A stretch of 64,000 bases of DNA from Candidatus Cloacimonadales bacterium. Lineage in GTDB: Bacteria > Cloacimonadota > Cloacimonadia > Cloacimonadales > JAIOQZ01. The stretch spans positions 2,144,001 through 2,208,000 of the forward strand of contig OY771587.1 in the NCBI GenBank assembly GCA_963674825.1, written 5' to 3'. A program made the translations under genes and the position numbers. How positions within the stretch are numbered: position 1 is the stretch's first letter; every line of letters begins with the position of its first letter. Positions 9,878 through 19,999 of the stretch are shown piece after piece. The notes beneath the pieces were generated by a model. That model worked only from the letters and a program-made list of their open reading frames with translations. It did no database searches and was not told the origin of the DNA.

Positions 9878-12040
9878 TCACTTCATGAGTATCATCTTGT
9901 TCGTAATATCGTGCTTATTGCACCGGATGCGGTAGAGGTAGATACCTGATGGCATTGATGTATCCGTATCGTCCATGCCATCCCACGCAATCTGGTGATT
10001 TCCGGCTTCCAGCCTTTCATTAACCAGCGTTCTTACGCGTTGGCCCTTGATGTTGTAGATCGTCAATTCGGTATGTCCTTCCTGTGGCAGGTCCATCCAG
10101 ATTGTCGTGGATGGATTGAAGGGATTCGGGAAGTTGCCTGCGCTGATATCGGGTCTGACAATATCTTGCGGATCGGTATCGACCGCAGAGAGCGAGAAAA
10201 CATCGATAATTGGATAACCGGAGCAAACATAGAGGCAGTCGTCCTTCTTCTGCATTGTATGCGTGGGGCGGCTCCAGCGATAGGACTCTTCAAGAACAGG
10301 CTCCTGTGGATTGCTGATATCATAGGTCAGAATTCTATACCACAGATTGTCAGCAATTATCAGTTTGTCGCCGTCCGGCAGGCATGTACCGAAATTACAG
10401 CCATTGTTCATCGTAATACTGCTCAGCAGAATTGGATTTGCCGGGTCATTGACATCATATAAATCCACATGGGAATCGCATACAACAATCAACGTTGTTC
10501 CGGAAATGGCGACGTCATTGATCGTTCCAGGCTGAAGCGATGCCTGAAAGACCGGTATGACTACGTTTGTCAGGGAGAAGATGTTCAATCCATCGTTCTC
10601 ATTCCATAGTAACATGGTATCATCATCGATCAGGATATGGTCGTTCGGGCCGAAGTTATCCAGATGAGAATGTAGAAGCGGGTTGTCCAGATTGTTAATG
10701 AAGATTATACCTAGTTTGTCATCGTGAGTGCAATATAGATAATCGCCGTGTATCGCGAGTTCTTTCATATTATTGAAGAAGCTGTTACAATACGTTGCTA
10801 TATTTACGAAGTTTGAATGGTTACTGACATCGTATATGAAGATAGCTCCTTCGCCATCGTAGTACGAAGTATAGAACAGGTGGTCGTTGTCAATAAGGGC
10901 ATCGGTAATCGGATAAACATTCAATTCTCTGATACTCGTTGGGTTTGACGGATCTTCAAGAGAAAAAATCCTTACTCTCCCCAACGTGCTGTTACCGTAG
11001 ATTGCTATTAAATAGTCTTCCATAACTTTGAAAGTGCAGTTCGATTCAGGGAAAGTTGTCAATCCTCCAATATCACGAATCAAGCCGTCGGTTTGTGGAT
11101 CGGAGTAATCGAAGCACGTCCAATAACCTTCGATAGGCATGAAGATGTTCTCTCTATCAAGGAAGCATTGCTTGGTAGGTCCGACAAACGATCCAATGAC
11201 CTGCGGATTCGTGGAATCCTCGACGTTTACGATTGAGTAGGGAATAATATTGTTATTGAACCGCCCGATGACAATCATGTCATCAACAAGATGGATTGTT
11301 CCTCCATAAACGGAGATTTGCATGAGCTCGACAGGGTTTTCATTCGACGAGAAATCAAATGTCGTCAACGAACCGCCGCAAGAAGTATACAGGATGTCAT
11401 TAGCAATGAACAGGTCGATCGTATTGTAATCCAGCCCGATTGTGTGAGAATAGCTCAATCCCTGTTGTGACATATTATATGCAGAGATGGTGTAGCCTTC
11501 GAGAACGTAGGCCATATTGTTATATAATGCGATCGCTTTGGTATCTCCCGATATGACAGAAAAACCATTCAGTAACGGTTGTGTCGGATCGGATACATCC
11601 CAACTCAGCCATCGGGGGCTGTAACCGGATGGTCTGTATACGTAACACAAATGCCCGTTATGAACCTCGAACAGGAATAGGCTGACCGCGTACGAATGCT
11701 CTCCGATATCGATTACCTGGACGATCTCCGGGATTTCAGGATTCTGTATGTTTACGATGGATATCTGCCCGGACATATCCAATGCATAAAGGTACTCGCC
11801 ATCAATAACGGCACTATCGCAATCGACGATTTCTGGGACAGTTGAAATCACGACCGGATTTTGTTTATCCGCAATGCTGTACAGCGTCAGGACTCCATCC
11901 TGGCGATTGCCTGCCAGCAAATCACCATCCCATGTCAATATCTTGTCCATGTCTGTTGGTGTTGCGTCCGAAATATAGATCGCGCCATACAGACCAATAC
12001 ACAATACTACCAGCGATACAGTTATCAATGCCCTTCCCAT
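9878..12040 (-). CDS. Secreted LVIVD-repeat beta-propeller protein with CTD; paralog of 7696..9861
   Basis: DVSDP/DISNP repeats; shared ITM..G..FG...IIADNxW..SYxW motif; NFPNPFNP CTD. Confidence 0.85.
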   Translation of the reverse strand: MGRALITVSLVVLCIGLYGAIYISDATPTDMDKILTWDGDLLAGNRQDGVLTLYSIADKQNPVVISTVPEIVDCDSAVIDGEYLYALDMSGQISIVNIQNPEIPEIVQVIDIGEHSYAVSLFLFEVHNGHLCYVYRPSGYSPRWLSWDVSDPTQPLLNGFSVISGDTKAIALYNNMAYVLEGYTISAYNMSQQGLSYSHTIGLDYNTIDLFIANDILYTSCGGSLTTFDFSSNENPVELMQISVYGGTIHLVDDMIVIGRFNNNIIPYSIVNVEDSTNPQVIGSFVGPTKQCFLDRENIFMPIEGYWTCFDYSDPQTDGLIRDIGGLTTFPESNCTFKVMEDYLIAIYGNSTLGRVRIFSLEDPSNPTSIRELNVYPITDALIDNDHLFYTSYYDGEGAIFIYDVSNHSNFVNIATYCNSFFNNMKELAIHGDYLYCTHDDKLGIIFINNLDNPLLHSHLDNFGPNDHILIDDDTMLLWNENDGLNIFSLTNVVIPVFQASLQPGTINDVAISGTTLIVVCDSHVDLYDVNDPANPILLSSITMNNGCNFGTCLPDGDKLIIADNLWYRILTYDISNPQEPVLEESYRWSRPTHTMQKKDDCLYVCSGYPIIDVFSLSAVDTDPQDIVRPDISAGNFPNPFNPSTTIWMDLPQEGHTELTIYNIKGQRVRTLVNERLEAGNHQIAWDGMDDTDTSMPSGIYLYRIRCNKHDITNKMILMK

Positions 12041-12249
12041 GATTTCTCCTGATGGTTAATGAACAAATATCGAAAGATTTTTAGAGCTCTGTCAAGAAAA
12101 ATCCATTGGAAACATGTTATTCTTTAAAAAAAACATGAATACCTAAATAATGACTGCGATCGGCATTTTGAAGATGCTGTTGATGATGCAGGATGTCTCT
12201 AAGCATTGATTTCTCTGGACAAGCATTTCCCTGCTTCCACACTTGCTTC

Positions 12250-12798
12250 ATGAGTAATGTAAAGGCAAAACTACTGGTCCACATCTGTTGCGGCCCTTGT
12301 TTCATCGCACCGCATCAGCATTTGAAAGCGGAAGGTGAGTACGACATCCATGGCTTTTGGTTCAATCCGAACATCCATCCGTGGACGGAAAACCGGAAAA
12401 GGTTGGAGACGCTTCAGGCGTATGCAGGGAAGGAAGGTGTCCCTCTGATCGTGAAGGACGAATATCTCCTGGAGGAGTTCCTTCGGCAGAGCGCGTTCCG
12501 TGAGCAGGATCGCTGCCGCAGTTGTTACTATGACCGCTTGAAATACGCCGCAATCATCGCGAAGAAGGGTGATTTCGACTTTTTCACCACCACGCTGCTG
12601 TACAGCAAGTTCCAGAAGCACAACCTGATCCGCGAAATCGGCGAAGCGCTTGGACGCGAATATGGCGTACCGTTTCTCTACCGCGATTTCCGCGAGTACT
12701 GGAAAGAAGGAATCGAGCTGTCCAGGCAGGAAGAGATGTACCGGCAGCAGTATTGCGGCTGCATCTACAGCGAAAAAGACCGCTACCTGGGAAAATGA
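12250..12798 (+). CDS. queH: Epoxyqueuosine reductase QueH (DUF208)
   Basis: LLVHICCGPC, FNPNIHP, RCxxCY, FTTTLL, YRQQYCGCIYS motifs. Confidence 0.9.
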   Translation: MSNVKAKLLVHICCGPCFIAPHQHLKAEGEYDIHGFWFNPNIHPWTENRKRLETLQAYAGKEGVPLIVKDEYLLEEFLRQSAFREQDRCRSCYYDRLKYAAIIAKKGDFDFFTTTLLYSKFQKHNLIREIGEALGREYGVPFLYRDFREYWKEGIELSRQEEMYRQQYCGCIYSEKDRYLGK

Positions 12799-13502
12799 GC
12801 GAGCCCCAGAAGGAAACCGAACTTTTCGACCCAGTCAAAGTCTGGCTGGAAAAGAGAGGCTATACCGTTCGCGGCGAGGTCCGTGGATGCGATCTGATCG
12901 CGAAGAAAGACGACGAGGTGATCGCCATCGAGCTCAAGCTACGGCTTAACCTCGAGCTTCTGATTCAGGCTGCGAAACGGCAACGTCTCTCTGAGGCCGT
13001 GTATGTGGCGGTGCCTGCGAAGCAACGGAAGAATCGCAATTGGCGCGGAATCCGGCATTTACTTCGACGGCTGGAACTGGGCTTGATTCTGGTGCATTAC
13101 AGCCTTAAGGAACCACAGGTAGAAATCATTTTTCACCCGATTCCGTTGCAACGCAGGAAGATCAAGCGTGATCGTGCGCTTGTTATACGCGAGGTGGAAG
13201 GACGCGAGACAAACTACAACAAAGGCGGATCGGTTCGGAAAGAGATTGTCACCGCGTACCGGCAGGAGGCGATTCACATCGCGTGCTGCCTTGACCGCTT
13301 CGGCGAACTAAGCCCGAAAAGCTTGCGCGAGATGGGGACAGGGGATCGCACGGGCTCGATTCTCAGCAGCAATTTCTATGGTTGGTTCAGCCGGGTCAGT
13401 CACGGAATATACGCCTTGACAGGCAAAGGCCGGGACGATCTTGTACGCTTCGCGCATGTAGCGCAGAGTTTCTACGAAAGGATGGACGAAACCAATGGAT
13501 AG
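12795..13502 (+). CDS. DUF2161-family putative PD-(D/E)XK protein
   Basis: ETELFDPVK, GYTVRGEV.GCD, IELK..LNLELLIQA, TAYRQEA, NFYGWF; ATGA overlap with queH. Confidence 0.8.
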   Translation: MSEPQKETELFDPVKVWLEKRGYTVRGEVRGCDLIAKKDDEVIAIELKLRLNLELLIQAAKRQRLSEAVYVAVPAKQRKNRNWRGIRHLLRRLELGLILVHYSLKEPQVEIIFHPIPLQRRKIKRDRALVIREVEGRETNYNKGGSVRKEIVTAYRQEAIHIACCLDRFGELSPKSLREMGTGDRTGSILSSNFYGWFSRVSHGIYALTGKGRDDLVRFAHVAQSFYERMDETNG

Positions 13503-14208
13503 AAGAGAACAAGCACTTGAGATATTGCGCAAAGATCCTGTCTGGAACGCGAATATCATCAATTATATTGAAGATCACTCGGTCACGAATATCGACATCG
13601 AAGGCGAATCGGTGATGGCGGTTGGGAAATTGATCCAGCCGAGGGCTTTTATCGCCAGCAAGAATGCCGACGAAGTCAGAGCCTTGATGGAGCGCTTTCC
13701 GGAAACTGTTACCCGGTTTTCCGCACTGGAAGAGTGGATATTGCCGCTTGTGGCTCGAGGCCGGGAGCTTCCGCACTATGTTCCAGCCGATCAGTACATC
13801 CTGCTGGAAGACGTTCGTTTCGACCCACCCAAAGAACAAATCGAGCCGCTCGTTTCCGAAGATACCGACACGATTTTACAGCATATGACATTCACCAGCG
13901 ATTCCCTTCGGGCGAATATCGAAGATCGCATCCATACAGGCATTACGGCTGGCATCCGCAAGGATGGGAGGCTGATTGCCTGGAGCATGACACATCGCGA
14001 TGGAGCACTGGGATTTCTGGGCGTTTTACCGGAATACCGTCGGCAGGGACTGGCCTGGGATCTGACGGTCTATCTTATCGAAAAAGTTCGTGAACGTGGT
14101 CGTATCCCAATGGTTCAGGTACAACCAAAGAGTGTAGAATCAAAGCATCTTGGCCAGAAGATGGGATTCGTTTATCAGAAATCATTGGTCTGGATCGACC
14201 TGCAATAG
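13495..14208 (+). CDS. GNAT-family (FR47-like) acetyltransferase
   Basis: C-terminal LGVLPEYRRQGLA acetyl-CoA motif A; KMGF. Confidence 0.8.
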   Translation: MDRREQALEILRKDPVWNANIINYIEDHSVTNIDIEGESVMAVGKLIQPRAFIASKNADEVRALMERFPETVTRFSALEEWILPLVARGRELPHYVPADQYILLEDVRFDPPKEQIEPLVSEDTDTILQHMTFTSDSLRANIEDRIHTGITAGIRKDGRLIAWSMTHRDGALGFLGVLPEYRRQGLAWDLTVYLIEKVRERGRIPMVQVQPKSVESKHLGQKMGFVYQKSLVWIDLQ

Positions 14209-14264
14209 CCGTTCGATATCGTGTTCTGTCTGTTCGTAGATGGACAGATCGCTGGCTAAGAGGA

Positions 14265-14726
14265 CTATTCTTTAGGCTTTGAATACCATGGCTTTTCGCC
14301 TTCGAGGAACTCCTTGATTCCCTTTCGTTTGATCTTTCTCATATTTTTAATATGCGCGTCACCATGCCCAACCTTCAGGAAATCAAGCTTGCTGCACGTG
14401 ACGAAATCATTGCACTCCCAGCAGCCTTCATATCCTTTCTTCTCAGCGCATAATTTGATAGCGCATCGAGGATTGCCTCCTCCATCGCGGCAGACTTTTC
14501 CGCAGCGCATCTTCACAAACAGGCCCAGCGTTTCGTAACAGGTCTGGTAGTTTTCGAATCCTTTGAAATATGGTATCGTAGCAAGGAGTTCGGCAGTCTT
14601 TTCCGTTCGGTTTTTCCGGAGTTCAGCTCGCAGATCTCTGGCCAGATCGGCGATTTTCCCAACATGAAATGGGCATTCGGCACAATAGAGTCCGCATGGA
14701 GAAACAGCGTTTTGAGAATCGGTCAT
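14265..14726 (-). CDS. DUF3795-like Cys-rich protein
   Basis: PCGLYCAEC; CxxxC; CAIKLC; CWECxxFxxC. Confidence 0.75.
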   Translation of the reverse strand: MTDSQNAVSPCGLYCAECPFHVGKIADLARDLRAELRKNRTEKTAELLATIPYFKGFENYQTCYETLGLFVKMRCGKVCRDGGGNPRCAIKLCAEKKGYEGCWECNDFVTCSKLDFLKVGHGDAHIKNMRKIKRKGIKEFLEGEKPWYSKPKE

Positions 14727-14878
14727 ACTTCACCTCCCGTATGGGGCCTTATGAAAGAACGATAATGAGTCTTGACAAGAAAAACCTTTTGCGCCTGAAT
14801 GGACCGCGAAATGCATTCCACCATTCTTGATCGTAACATCGTAATACCCGTTTGACCCACAACCAGAGCAAGAAAAGG

Positions 14879-17041
14879 ATGATCTACTTGAAAACGACAC
14901 TGGTATTATTGTTTGTAATTGTGTCCTCGATATGTCTGGCAAAACCGGAAATTCCGATCGTCAGGGTGCATCAGCCCATCACGGTGGATGGATATGAAAA
15001 CGATTGGGAAGGCATCGAGCCTCTTCCGCAGCCTATAACCTATAATCCTGTGGAAGGCAACAAACCGGTCTACGAGACCGAAGCACGCATCGCGTATGAC
15101 GATGACTATTTTTACACTCTCTTCATCAGTGAAATCGAAGATCCGGATAATCTTATTGCCACCGTCGCCACGCGCGAAAACTGGGACAGCGATGAGCAGG
15201 TGGCTTTCGCGATTGACGTGTTCAATTCCGACCGCGGTGCGTATCTGTTCAACTTCAATCCGTACGGCAACCCGAAGGACTGGATCTCTTCCGCGGCGGG
15301 GTACTCGGATATGAACTGGAATGTGCCGCTCAAGGTAAAATCGCGCATCTACCAGGATCACTATGTAGTCGAGGTGGCAATACCCTTTGCGTCGCTTCCC
15401 TTTGACGATACCCTGGAAGAGCAGCGTTGGGGGTTCTACTACTTCCGTCTGGACAAGACCCACAACGAGCAATCGCTCTATCCGCAGCGAACGCATCAAT
15501 TGCAGAATATCTATGCGCAATCCGGCGTTCTTTCCGGCTTGCGTGGCATCAAATCAGGTAAGCAGATCGAGCTGTTGCCTTACGTATTCTCGTCGTACAT
15601 ACGTGATGAAGACGAATGGAAAACGGATGCCGGTATCGACGCTTCCAGTGCAATCAGTACGAATCTGACGCTTTCTGCGACGATCAATCCCGATTATTCG
15701 CAGATTGAATCGGATCCCATGAATGTCGATATCAACCAGCGGGATCCGCAGTACCTCTCGGAGAAACGACCGTTCTTTACACGAGGTATGGATTTCTTCA
15801 GCACCGGGCAGTTCGACCTCGTCTATACACGCAACATCGTCAATCCTGTGGCGGGTGTTAAGCTCAGTGGGAAGTATCCAACTGCATGTATCGGCTTTGT
15901 TTCCGCCCTGGACGAAGGTATCCACGAGAACAAAGAACATCTCTACAACCTCTTCCGCTACCGCAAAGATATCCTGGAAGAATCGACTGTAGGTGTGCTG
16001 CTGACCGACAAAGAGGATATGGCTTCTTCCAGCTACAACCGGGTTGCAGCGGTCGACGGCTTCTTTTCGCTACCGTCCAATATCCGCATTAAAACACAAA
16101 CAGCCTGGAGTTTCGATAGCCTCCGAACCGATGTCGAGAACCAGATCGAAGGCTACAACGACGATGGCTGGGCTCATAACACGACGGTTGAGCATAACGG
16201 CGAACACAGCTACAACGATTTCTACTTCGAGGCTGTAAGTGAATACTTCGAGCCGGGAACGGGCTACATGAGTCGAATGAAGAAACACCGTTACCAGCTT
16301 GGTACGCATAACAAATACGATATGCTGGGCAGAAACAGCCTTTGGAACGAGGTTGAAGTCTTTTTCGGCATGAAGAATCGTTACAGCATGGAAAGCGATC
16401 CGCTCGACCAGTATATCTGGGTCGGTATTTCGAGTGACTGGCGGAGTGTTGGCAACTCCGAATTCAAGATCGAGATCAACAACGAGACGTACGATTATCT
16501 GGATGAAAACGGAGATCCTCAGTCGCGCAAGCTTAATTCGCTTCGCTATGTTATCACGAACTGGAAGATGTTCAGCGGATCGTTCAATGCCTGGCTGAAC
16601 GGAAACTTCGGTTCCGATCCCTATTACGGCGGCGAGGGATTCGAAGGGTGGAGCGTCTTTGCCGAAGTCGGGTGTAACCTCGACCTGTTCGATCGGCTCT
16701 CCATCAAGCCCAATTTCCAGTACTCCGACTTCTACAAGGAATGTGGTGGCGCTCGCGTTTATCAGTGGTACACACTGTGGAATCAGACGACACTGCTCCT
16801 TTCGCAAAACCTGTATGTTCGCAACATTACTCAGGGCATGTATCAGAAGGTTTACGACATGGATACCGGGCAACTGGCATACAAATCAACGGAATATTCG
16901 AACAGCCTGCTTATGACTTGGGAATATAGTCCGCTCAGCAACATCTATTTCGGTGTTAACTTCATCGATTTCGATCGATGGGACAACATATCCAATCACG
17001 CACAGCTCTTTTTCAAGGGTAATTATTTGTGGACATTATAA
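14879..17041 (+). CDS. DUF5916-like outer-membrane protein with N-terminal CBM9-like domain
   Basis: Signal peptide; ITVDG..DW; TINPDYSQIESD; EKRPFF; YTRNI; C-terminal FFKGNYLWTL beta-strand. Confidence 0.75.
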   Translation: MIYLKTTLVLLFVIVSSICLAKPEIPIVRVHQPITVDGYENDWEGIEPLPQPITYNPVEGNKPVYETEARIAYDDDYFYTLFISEIEDPDNLIATVATRENWDSDEQVAFAIDVFNSDRGAYLFNFNPYGNPKDWISSAAGYSDMNWNVPLKVKSRIYQDHYVVEVAIPFASLPFDDTLEEQRWGFYYFRLDKTHNEQSLYPQRTHQLQNIYAQSGVLSGLRGIKSGKQIELLPYVFSSYIRDEDEWKTDAGIDASSAISTNLTLSATINPDYSQIESDPMNVDINQRDPQYLSEKRPFFTRGMDFFSTGQFDLVYTRNIVNPVAGVKLSGKYPTACIGFVSALDEGIHENKEHLYNLFRYRKDILEESTVGVLLTDKEDMASSSYNRVAAVDGFFSLPSNIRIKTQTAWSFDSLRTDVENQIEGYNDDGWAHNTTVEHNGEHSYNDFYFEAVSEYFEPGTGYMSRMKKHRYQLGTHNKYDMLGRNSLWNEVEVFFGMKNRYSMESDPLDQYIWVGISSDWRSVGNSEFKIEINNETYDYLDENGDPQSRKLNSLRYVITNWKMFSGSFNAWLNGNFGSDPYYGGEGFEGWSVFAEVGCNLDLFDRLSIKPNFQYSDFYKECGGARVYQWYTLWNQTTLLLSQNLYVRNITQGMYQKVYDMDTGQLAYKSTEYSNSLLMTWEYSPLSNIYFGVNFIDFDRWDNISNHAQLFFKGNYLWTL

Positions 17042-17105
17042 ATTGTGTAACCATGAAATGGATTCATCATTTTACTTTGTGAGACCGAATTACCGGAGGG
17101 GAAAT

Positions 17106-19928
17106 ATGAAAAAGCTTCTTGTTTTTCTTATGTTGAGCTGGCTTGCGCTTGCAATAGCGGCTGAGCCGGTTCTCAATCTGGTCAAGCTGCCAGATAATGC
17201 ACTTTCCGATTGCGACATCCTGTATCGTTCGAGCCAGGTAACCATCGCCGGTTGCGATGTTGTCCCGCAGGGATCACAGTCGCTTTTCCAGACGGCAGAC
17301 TATGCCGATCTGTATCTCGTACGCCATAAGGGCGGCTTCACGCCGGATATCCCCACATCTTGGGGAAAAGTCGTCTATCGCGATAACGATGCAGTGATTC
17401 TGTATGCTCCATCGCTACCGAAAGAAGAAGTATGGCAATCGGCGTACACCGCGCAAGCGCTTCGTCCGATGCCGAAGATCGATTCGCAAAGAATCTGGCC
17501 TGCACAAGATCGCGCCAACAGAACCGATATAGACGATATGATCGACGAGATTGCCAGCGAGAACATCGGTAGTAATATCCAGTCGCTGCAGGATTTCGTG
17601 ACGCGATACGCCTATGCGGACAACCGTAAGGATGTTGCGATGTGGATTCGAAGCCAGTATCTGTCGTATGGATTCGATGAGGAGAATACGATTATCGATT
17701 CTTTTTATTGGGATCAAACCTGGCACTACAATGTTGTCGCTTACATTGAAGGAACGCAGCAAGCCGATTCATACATCGTATTCGGCGGGCATCATGATTC
17801 CATCAGCGGTGTGCCGTTCGATGATGCTCCGGGAGCGGACGATAACGGAAGCAGCGCTTCCTCCGTGATGGAAGTGGCTCGCGTCCTGAAACAGGAAGGA
17901 TATGAACCGGATCGCACTCTTGTATTCTGCACGTTTGCGGCTGAAGAGATCGGTCTTGTCGGTTCATGGTTCCTGTCTTCCGCATTTGCTGAGGTGGAAC
18001 TGAATATTGTGATGATGCTCAACAACGATATGATTTCGACGAACTCACAGGCTCCTGGCGAGTGGGAACTGCGCATCGACCAGTATATCGGGTACGAATT
18101 CTACGCTAACATGGCGGTTGATCTGATGGATGATTACACCTCGCTGCAGCTCGGATCGATCTCCGAGAACAGCAGTTCATCCGACAGTTATCCCTTCTAC
18201 ATGAACGGATTTCCAACGGTTTACTTTGCCGAACAGGAGTTCTCGCCCTACTACCATTCACCGCAGGACATCATCGATAACTGCGATCTCGATTATTGCG
18301 AGCAGGTCGCACGGCTCGACCTGGCCATGATCGTCACGCGCGACAAGATGCCGTCTGACCCGGCAGAAGTGGCGGTTTATGACGTCGGTGACGGTGAATC
18401 GCTTCTGGTCGAATGGGCCGATGCTACCGACAGTGATTTCGATCACTACGAGATATACTGGGGAACCGATCCCGACAATATGGAACAAACTGCGACCCTC
18501 GACGAATCACAATACACGATCGAAGGACTCGAAGACGGTGTGGAGCTATATATCGGTGTCTGCACGGTCGATACGGATGGCTTCAACAGCCTGACTGTCG
18601 TTGTAACCGGGACACCGAATGAAGTCCCCGTTGCTCCTACAGAATTCATGGCAACACCTATCTGGGATGGGGTAGCCCTCGATTGGGCGGACAACCAGGA
18701 TCTTGATCTGGAGGGATACAATCTTTATCGCGCGGAATCGGAAGATGGTGAAATGACGTTGCTCAATCAGAGCCTTATCACGGATACCCAATATTCTGAT
18801 GAGACTACCGAAACGGTGCAATTCTACTGGTATGCTGTCGCGGCTGTGGATGAAGATGGCAACGAGAGTATCCAGACAGAACGGATGCGCTCCAGATGCG
18901 TCTCCATGGATCAGAATATCCTGCTGGTGGACGATACAATTGATGGATCCGGTGCGCCCATGCAGCCGACAGACGCTGATTGCGACGCGTTCTACAACTA
19001 CCTGATGCAAGGCGCTGAGTTTACGCAGATGGAAGCCGATGATCCTATCCGCCTGGACGACCTCTGTGCCTATTCGTCGGTTGTGTGGTATATGGATAAC
19101 TTCAATAGCGAAGGCCATGCATTCGAATCACTCGAGGCGATCAGGAACTATCTGGAATTGGGCGGTAATGTGCTGGTTTCTGGTTTTAAATCGCTTTCGA
19201 GACTCCTGGATATCCCCGGATACCCGGCGGCGTTTGCAGAGGGTGACGTGGAATACGACATCTTCGGTGTCGAAGGCGTCCAATTCTCGCCGCAGGCTCG
19301 TTTCTATCGTGCTGAAAGCATGCTTGAGGAAGGCTACGACATCGATGTCGATACACTCAAAACCTCAAGCGCGATGAATTTCCATCTGATCAACGTGGAA
19401 GGCGTCCAACCTGCGCAGCAGGTGGGTGGCTACTACACCTACGGTACCCTATACGATACAGCACCATACAACGAACTTGCCGGTGAGCAGGTGATGCTGG
19501 TGAAGTCGGCAGATAACTACAATTTCTGCGCCTTCACGTTCCCCATGTTTTACATGGAAGCCGGCCCGATGCGGGATGCGCTACGCTCGATTCTGACCGG
19601 ATTCTTCGAAGAGGATATCAACCCGGTCTCGGAAGATGTTCCTTCGATTCAGGCGGTTACGCTGCACGCGAACTACCCGAATCCGTTCAATCCCGAGACG
19701 AATATCTCGTTCAGCCTTCCTTCAGCGCAAGATGCTACGCTGAGTGTCTATAACGTTCGCGGCGAAAAGGTCTGCACGCTTGCGGATGGTCCTTTCGATC
19801 CCGGAAATCATACAGTTACCTGGCATGGCCGCGATTCTTCAGGGAAGCAGGTCTCCACGGGCGTTTATTTCTATCGACTGCAATCGAATAGAGTTAACCA
19901 GGTACGCAAGATGTTGCTGCTGAAGTAG
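17106..19928 (+). CDS. Secreted M28 Zn-aminopeptidase with FN3 domains and CTD
   Basis: GGHHDS, PGADDNGS, AAEEIGLVGS, NNDMI, SDSYPF, YYHS; FN3 motifs (GYNLYR, YWYAVAAVD); NYPNPFNP CTD; start MKKLL behind GGAGG. Confidence 0.9.
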   Translation: MKKLLVFLMLSWLALAIAAEPVLNLVKLPDNALSDCDILYRSSQVTIAGCDVVPQGSQSLFQTADYADLYLVRHKGGFTPDIPTSWGKVVYRDNDAVILYAPSLPKEEVWQSAYTAQALRPMPKIDSQRIWPAQDRANRTDIDDMIDEIASENIGSNIQSLQDFVTRYAYADNRKDVAMWIRSQYLSYGFDEENTIIDSFYWDQTWHYNVVAYIEGTQQADSYIVFGGHHDSISGVPFDDAPGADDNGSSASSVMEVARVLKQEGYEPDRTLVFCTFAAEEIGLVGSWFLSSAFAEVELNIVMMLNNDMISTNSQAPGEWELRIDQYIGYEFYANMAVDLMDDYTSLQLGSISENSSSSDSYPFYMNGFPTVYFAEQEFSPYYHSPQDIIDNCDLDYCEQVARLDLAMIVTRDKMPSDPAEVAVYDVGDGESLLVEWADATDSDFDHYEIYWGTDPDNMEQTATLDESQYTIEGLEDGVELYIGVCTVDTDGFNSLTVVVTGTPNEVPVAPTEFMATPIWDGVALDWADNQDLDLEGYNLYRAESEDGEMTLLNQSLITDTQYSDETTETVQFYWYAVAAVDEDGNESIQTERMRSRCVSMDQNILLVDDTIDGSGAPMQPTDADCDAFYNYLMQGAEFTQMEADDPIRLDDLCAYSSVVWYMDNFNSEGHAFESLEAIRNYLELGGNVLVSGFKSLSRLLDIPGYPAAFAEGDVEYDIFGVEGVQFSPQARFYRAESMLEEGYDIDVDTLKTSSAMNFHLINVEGVQPAQQVGGYYTYGTLYDTAPYNELAGEQVMLVKSADNYNFCAFTFPMFYMEAGPMRDALRSILTGFFEEDINPVSEDVPSIQAVTLHANYPNPFNPETNISFSLPSAQDATLSVYNVRGEKVCTLADGPFDPGNHTVTWHGRDSSGKQVSTGVYFYRLQSNRVNQVRKMLLLK

Positions 19929-19950
19929 TGATAAGCGGATAACACGTTTG

Positions 19951-19990
19951 GCACCCGATTTCGCATGGCGCGAGATCGGGTGTTCTTCTT
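19951..19990. terminator. Hairpin between convergent genes, probable terminator
   Basis: CACCCGATTTCGC..GCGAGATCGGGTG followed by TTCTTCTT. Confidence 0.6.
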
Positions 19991-19999
19991 ATGATGAGT

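Noticed and set aside
12795..13502. Restriction or anti-phage nuclease
   Set aside because: PD-(D/E)XK-like but in a housekeeping-type operon with no methylase or defence neighbours.
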